Made by a program: the position numbers and the translations under genes. The notes beneath the pieces were generated by a model. That model did not search any database, was not told where the DNA came from, and worked only from the letters and a program-made list of their open reading frames with translations. From IMG/VR virus record IMGVR_UViG_3300012211_000009: a DNA stretch of 28,184 nucleotides; one strand, 5' to 3'. Positions 24,999 to 28,184 of this stretch are shown in pieces; within the stretch, counting starts at the first letter, position 1, and each line of letters starts with the position of its first letter. The DNA comes from a virus.

Positions 24999-25202
24999 CT
25001 AATCTTTCCATTCGGGCCAAAGACTATCCAGACCATTAGATAACATTTCATTTGTTCCGTACAAATAAGCTAGATAATCGGCATCTATATTGGTTCTTTC
25101 TAAAATTGGTATATTTAAAATGCCGCTTATAGTATCAGAATTTCTTTTATATATTTTTTTGGCTAATTTAAAAAAATCTAATCGCTCTTTTTCATCCATC
25201 AT
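24999..25202 (-). CDS. Hypothetical protein, 67 aa
   Basis: ATGA overlap with the scaffold stop; AT-rich. Confidence 0.55.
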   Translation of the reverse strand: MMDEKERLDFFKLAKKIYKRNSDTISGILNIPILERTNIDADYLAYLYGTNEMLSNGLDSLWPEWKD

Positions 25203-25876
25203 CCAACCGCCTGCTCAAACTTACTAGAAATCTCAGCTCTATACCTAGCATCTTTCTTATACTTGTCATAGTTCTGAATCATTTCTGCTTCTACATCACC
25301 TTTTGTCAAGGGCTTAAATGCAGCAGCTGCATCATCACTGGTTGGTAGAACTGTAGATTGATGATGCTGATATTGTCTAAGCTCATCCAAGAATTCTATT
25401 ACGTCAGCTCTAGTTCCAATCTTTCCAATTGTTTCAAGAGACTTGTCTGAGAGATTGTTAGACGCCCAGTTCTGTATAGTTTCGATACGCTTAGCACCAT
25501 CTGGTCCAAGCTTTGCGATCTCTTCATCGAGATTAGGTAATCGAGAACGATCGTATTCCACGAATGTTTTGATTGTTCTTGAAAAAGCATCCTGAGAAAG
25601 TCTATTTTCTCTTGCATAGTTTAAGAAATCCTTAAGATGATCGTTATTTAAATCTAATATATCTTTGTATTCACCAAAATCATAAGATTCTGGTGCTCCT
25701 GTTTGAGCGCCTAAGGCCTTGCGAACCTCTTTATAAGCTTTAGCTTGCTCAGCTAGATTGGAAAACTTGTCATCTAAATAATCAGGGCGAGAGCCTTGTC
25801 CAGGTATTCCTTCTGCTAGATACCAAGATGGAGTATCTTTTGCGTGATCTGAAGCTCTGTCTATTTGATCTGTCAT
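25199..25876 (-). CDS. Capsid assembly scaffolding protein, 225 aa
   Basis: Acidic helical protein between portal and capsid; RPDYLDDKF ... QAKAYKEVRKALG ... APESYDF and a C-terminal basic/aromatic helix, as in podovirus scaffolds. Confidence 0.75.
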   Translation of the reverse strand: MTDQIDRASDHAKDTPSWYLAEGIPGQGSRPDYLDDKFSNLAEQAKAYKEVRKALGAQTGAPESYDFGEYKDILDLNNDHLKDFLNYARENRLSQDAFSRTIKTFVEYDRSRLPNLDEEIAKLGPDGAKRIETIQNWASNNLSDKSLETIGKIGTRADVIEFLDELRQYQHHQSTVLPTSDDAAAAFKPLTKGDVEAEMIQNYDKYKKDARYRAEISSKFEQAVG

Positions 25877-25885
25877 GCTGCATCC

Positions 25886-26209
25886 TTATCCTAATTCACC
25901 ATTAATCCTACGCCTGTGTATATCACCCTGTGTCCAAAGCCCCCTAAAGGCTTCTTTAAATCCCTCATAATAAAGCGCCAATTCGTTCGCATTCTTATCA
26001 GCTGGAGAGAATAAGGCTCTTAAGAGATATCTCTCTTTTATCAGATCGTATAAGTTTTTACCATCCTTAAACATGTGAAAAGTCTCAAAGCATAATCTTT
26101 GAAACTCTATCATTTCATCTTTAACTTGTTGCTGTTGTTTCCTTTGATTCTCGAAAGGATCTAAAACTCTTAAAAATGGATTATCGGATATATCATGATG
26201 GCTGCTCAC
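25886..26209 (-). CDS. Conserved small phage protein between portal and scaffold (Bbp19-like position), 107 aa
   Basis: TF...DGK.LYDLIKERY ... YYEGFKEAFR pattern and synteny. Confidence 0.55.
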   Translation of the reverse strand: MSSHHDISDNPFLRVLDPFENQRKQQQQVKDEMIEFQRLCFETFHMFKDGKNLYDLIKERYLLRALFSPADKNANELALYYEGFKEAFRGLWTQGDIHRRRINGELG

Positions 26210-27776
26210 CCATGGCTCCTTGCTCTAACAACATCTGATCTAACTGCATATTCTCCGCCTGCTCAGAATAGAACTTCTGCATCTCAGCTTGAGTATTCAG
26301 CGCCGTCACATCTACCGCCATCTTAGAAGCTAACCATGCAGGAAACTTGACAGGATTTAAGTTTACAAGCGCAGCTTCTGGTCCTTGGGTATTCTGCAAC
26401 ACAGAATAGAATTGCATAAAGTTCTCAACATCCTGCATACCTTGAGCTGCCACAAGAGGAGATTTATAATTAATCTGAATCTCTTTGCCATTGATAACAA
26501 GCTTACCAATAAGCCCTTTCTTTTGAAGAATATAAATAACGCGATTAATCAATCTAGATAAGAACTCTTGTTGTAGGCGAGTAAATGCAGGCCCAATTTG
26601 TTCCGAAAGATTCCTTTGCCTTAAGGCAAGCTCTGTTGCAGTCTTTTGTGGTCCCTCGATGGGCCCAAGGGGGTCAGCATATAATAACTTGTTAATCTGC
26701 ATTCGTAAATCATTGGCTGTCAACTGCATGAAATTAGGATTAGCTGAGTCAGGGAATGGCTGAATAGGCCATTGTCCATTACTATTCGGGCTTACAGGTA
26801 TAACCGTGTTGGGCTCTATCTTAAAGGTCCATGGATTAAATACGCCATCAGAATAAGCCATAAAAGGCTTGGATACATTAAAGTTAGCAGCAGCGAGCTC
26901 GAGACGAGCAAGCTCATTAAGAGAAAGAATGCTAGGGAGAGCATTAATGACAGGACCGCGCCCATAAACTTCATTATTCACCTTTGACCATCTAAAAGTA
27001 ATCCAAGGGCTAGAGTCTAACCTCTCTTCAATTAAAAGCTCATCTTCATACATTAATATATAAATATATGGCTTCTTTTCATTACGAACATAAATCGTTC
27101 CTTCAACCAGATTCTTAACAGAAGCATTTGGATCTTCTCTCAGAAGCTGCTTCATAATGGGAGTCAGAACTGCTCTTGGCCAAAGCTGTTGGATATCTGA
27201 GATTCTGATTTCATCCCACCAGCGATAACAGCTGTCTAGAAGTCCCGTATGATTTTCTTCAATAGCCAATCGAGCAGAAGGCACACTGTAAAACAGGAGT
27301 GGGCTGTCATCATCGCCTTCATTGCAAATGAGAGCTGCGGTTCCAATAGCCAAATCGTAATAACACTCGTTAATAGCCAAATCGAAATTAGAATGGCGGA
27401 TGTAATTGAAAATAGTATTCGTAACTTGCTGTAAAAAGTGTTGTGCATTCTCTTTCTCTTCTTCTGGGATATCCGTTCCGGGCTCCAATATGGCCCATGT
27501 CTGCTGAGGCGGCGTTAACGAACCCTGTAATTTAGATACAAAGTTATCAACGGCAGCAACAGCTGTTGTATCATAAACTCTTGCGTTCTTTTGCGCACCC
27601 TGATATTGAGATGTCCAATAGAAAAGATTTCGATTAGGAACCGTATAGTGGTAACAAGCTTCCAATAATGATATCCAGAGATCGGCTTTTACTCTTGCAT
27701 GCTTATAGCGGCGCCTATAATACTCCATCCCAATAAGCCTGCTATCCTTAGGCTGAAGAGTTCCTTTTCTATTCAT
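26193..27776 (-). CDS. Portal (head-tail connector) protein, 527 aa
   Basis: YDTTAVAAVDNFVSKLQGSLTP, CYYDLAIGTAAL, WSKVNNEVYGRGP, KTATELALR and ERL-like QEFLSRLINRV motifs of T7/BPP-1-type portals. Confidence 0.92.
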   Translation of the reverse strand: MNRKGTLQPKDSRLIGMEYYRRRYKHARVKADLWISLLEACYHYTVPNRNLFYWTSQYQGAQKNARVYDTTAVAAVDNFVSKLQGSLTPPQQTWAILEPGTDIPEEEKENAQHFLQQVTNTIFNYIRHSNFDLAINECYYDLAIGTAALICNEGDDDSPLLFYSVPSARLAIEENHTGLLDSCYRWWDEIRISDIQQLWPRAVLTPIMKQLLREDPNASVKNLVEGTIYVRNEKKPYIYILMYEDELLIEERLDSSPWITFRWSKVNNEVYGRGPVINALPSILSLNELARLELAAANFNVSKPFMAYSDGVFNPWTFKIEPNTVIPVSPNSNGQWPIQPFPDSANPNFMQLTANDLRMQINKLLYADPLGPIEGPQKTATELALRQRNLSEQIGPAFTRLQQEFLSRLINRVIYILQKKGLIGKLVINGKEIQINYKSPLVAAQGMQDVENFMQFYSVLQNTQGPEAALVNLNPVKFPAWLASKMAVDVTALNTQAEMQKFYSEQAENMQLDQMLLEQGAMGEQPS

Positions 27777-28129
27777 TATCCTAACCTCGGGTTCAACACT
27801 CCACCACCTTGCTGAACATCTGCATCACCAAAAATTCCACCCCTTATTCTTCTTCTATTACTTCTAGCAATTCCTTCATTAATCTTGGCTTGAGCACCCT
27901 GCAGTTGTTTGTTGGTTCTTTCTTGCTCTGCTCTGACAAGCTTTTGTTGGTTCTCATACATTTGACGATTAGCAGCCCCTTCTTGCTGCTGAACTGCTTG
28001 GTTTTGTCTCATTAATTCTGCTTGCTGATTGGCAGCTTGCTTGGCTTGTTTTTCTGCTTTTTTTTGCTGCTTCCTACCAGAACCAAATAATCCTGCGCCT
28101 ACACCTAGGGCTGCTGATGCCACTCCCAT
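27776..28129 (-). CDS. Small virion protein preceding the portal (Gly-rich N-terminus, Gln/Ala coiled coil), 117 aa
   Basis: AAGGAG RBS; TAATG coupling to the portal gene; T7 gp7.3-like position. Confidence 0.6.
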   Translation of the reverse strand: MGVASAALGVGAGLFGSGRKQQKKAEKQAKQAANQQAELMRQNQAVQQQEGAANRQMYENQQKLVRAEQERTNKQLQGAQAKINEGIARSNRRRIRGGIFGDADVQQGGGVLNPRLG

Positions 28130-28184
28130 AATTTCACTCCTTGAATTCCTTTCTCTTTAAGCCATTCAGCTGAGCATGTGGTTA

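Larger units (their letters stand above)
1..28184. mobile_element. Podovirus-type phage/prophage genome segment (early module plus complete morphogenesis, lysis and packaging operon)
   Basis: Portal-scaffold-capsid-tail tube A/B-internal proteins-fibre-lysis-terminase synteny on the minus strand; genes densely coupled by ATGA/TAATG overlaps; no host housekeeping genes seen. Confidence 0.95.

Noticed and set aside
8400-27434. Numerous 60-126 aa plus-strand ORFs opposite the structural genes, and alternate-frame minus ORFs (e.g. 18100-18315, 19009-19278, 25399-25617)
   Set aside because: Shadow ORFs fully nested in well-supported genes, with no convincing RBS or recognisable motif.
1-28184. 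Stop-codon reassignment (alternative genetic code)
   Set aside because: All large genes are intact under the standard bacterial code; the only interruption is explained by the intron.
28105-28184. 3' end of an upstream minus-strand gene (...TTCSAEWLKEKGIQGVKLWEWHQQP*)
   Set aside because: One frame is open from the window edge, but 25 codons are too few to support a call.

Overview
About 28 kb of an AT-rich, probably temperate, short-tailed (podovirus-type) dsDNA phage or prophage. The left 4.6 kb holds early/regulatory genes: ParA, three ribbon-helix-helix (RHH) proteins, an excisionase-like HTH protein, an ERF recombinase and an SSB-like protein, with two clear sigma70-type promoter regions. 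From 28.1 kb down to 4.6 kb the minus strand is one continuous late operon in T7-like order: portal, scaffold, major capsid, a 4-gene head decoration/fibre block, tail tubular A and B, three internal (ejection) proteins, tail fibre, small basic proteins, VRR-NUC nuclease, endolysin, holin-like protein and large terminase. The main hidden feature is a 250-nt, ORF-less group I self-splicing intron (24384-24633, minus strand) that interrupts codon 17 of the major capsid gene; the ORF track therefore shows only a 182-aa fragment of a 284-aa capsid protein. Other notable points: the terminase has no ATG/GTG/TTG upstream of its Walker A motif and appears to start at an ATA in an ATAA stop/start overlap; a near-consensus chromosomal-type parS palindrome abuts the putative capsid promoter; one N-terminal domain recurs in three structural proteins; and several tiny RBS-led genes are missing from the ORF track. 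All product calls rest on motif recognition and synteny by eye; no database search was run.
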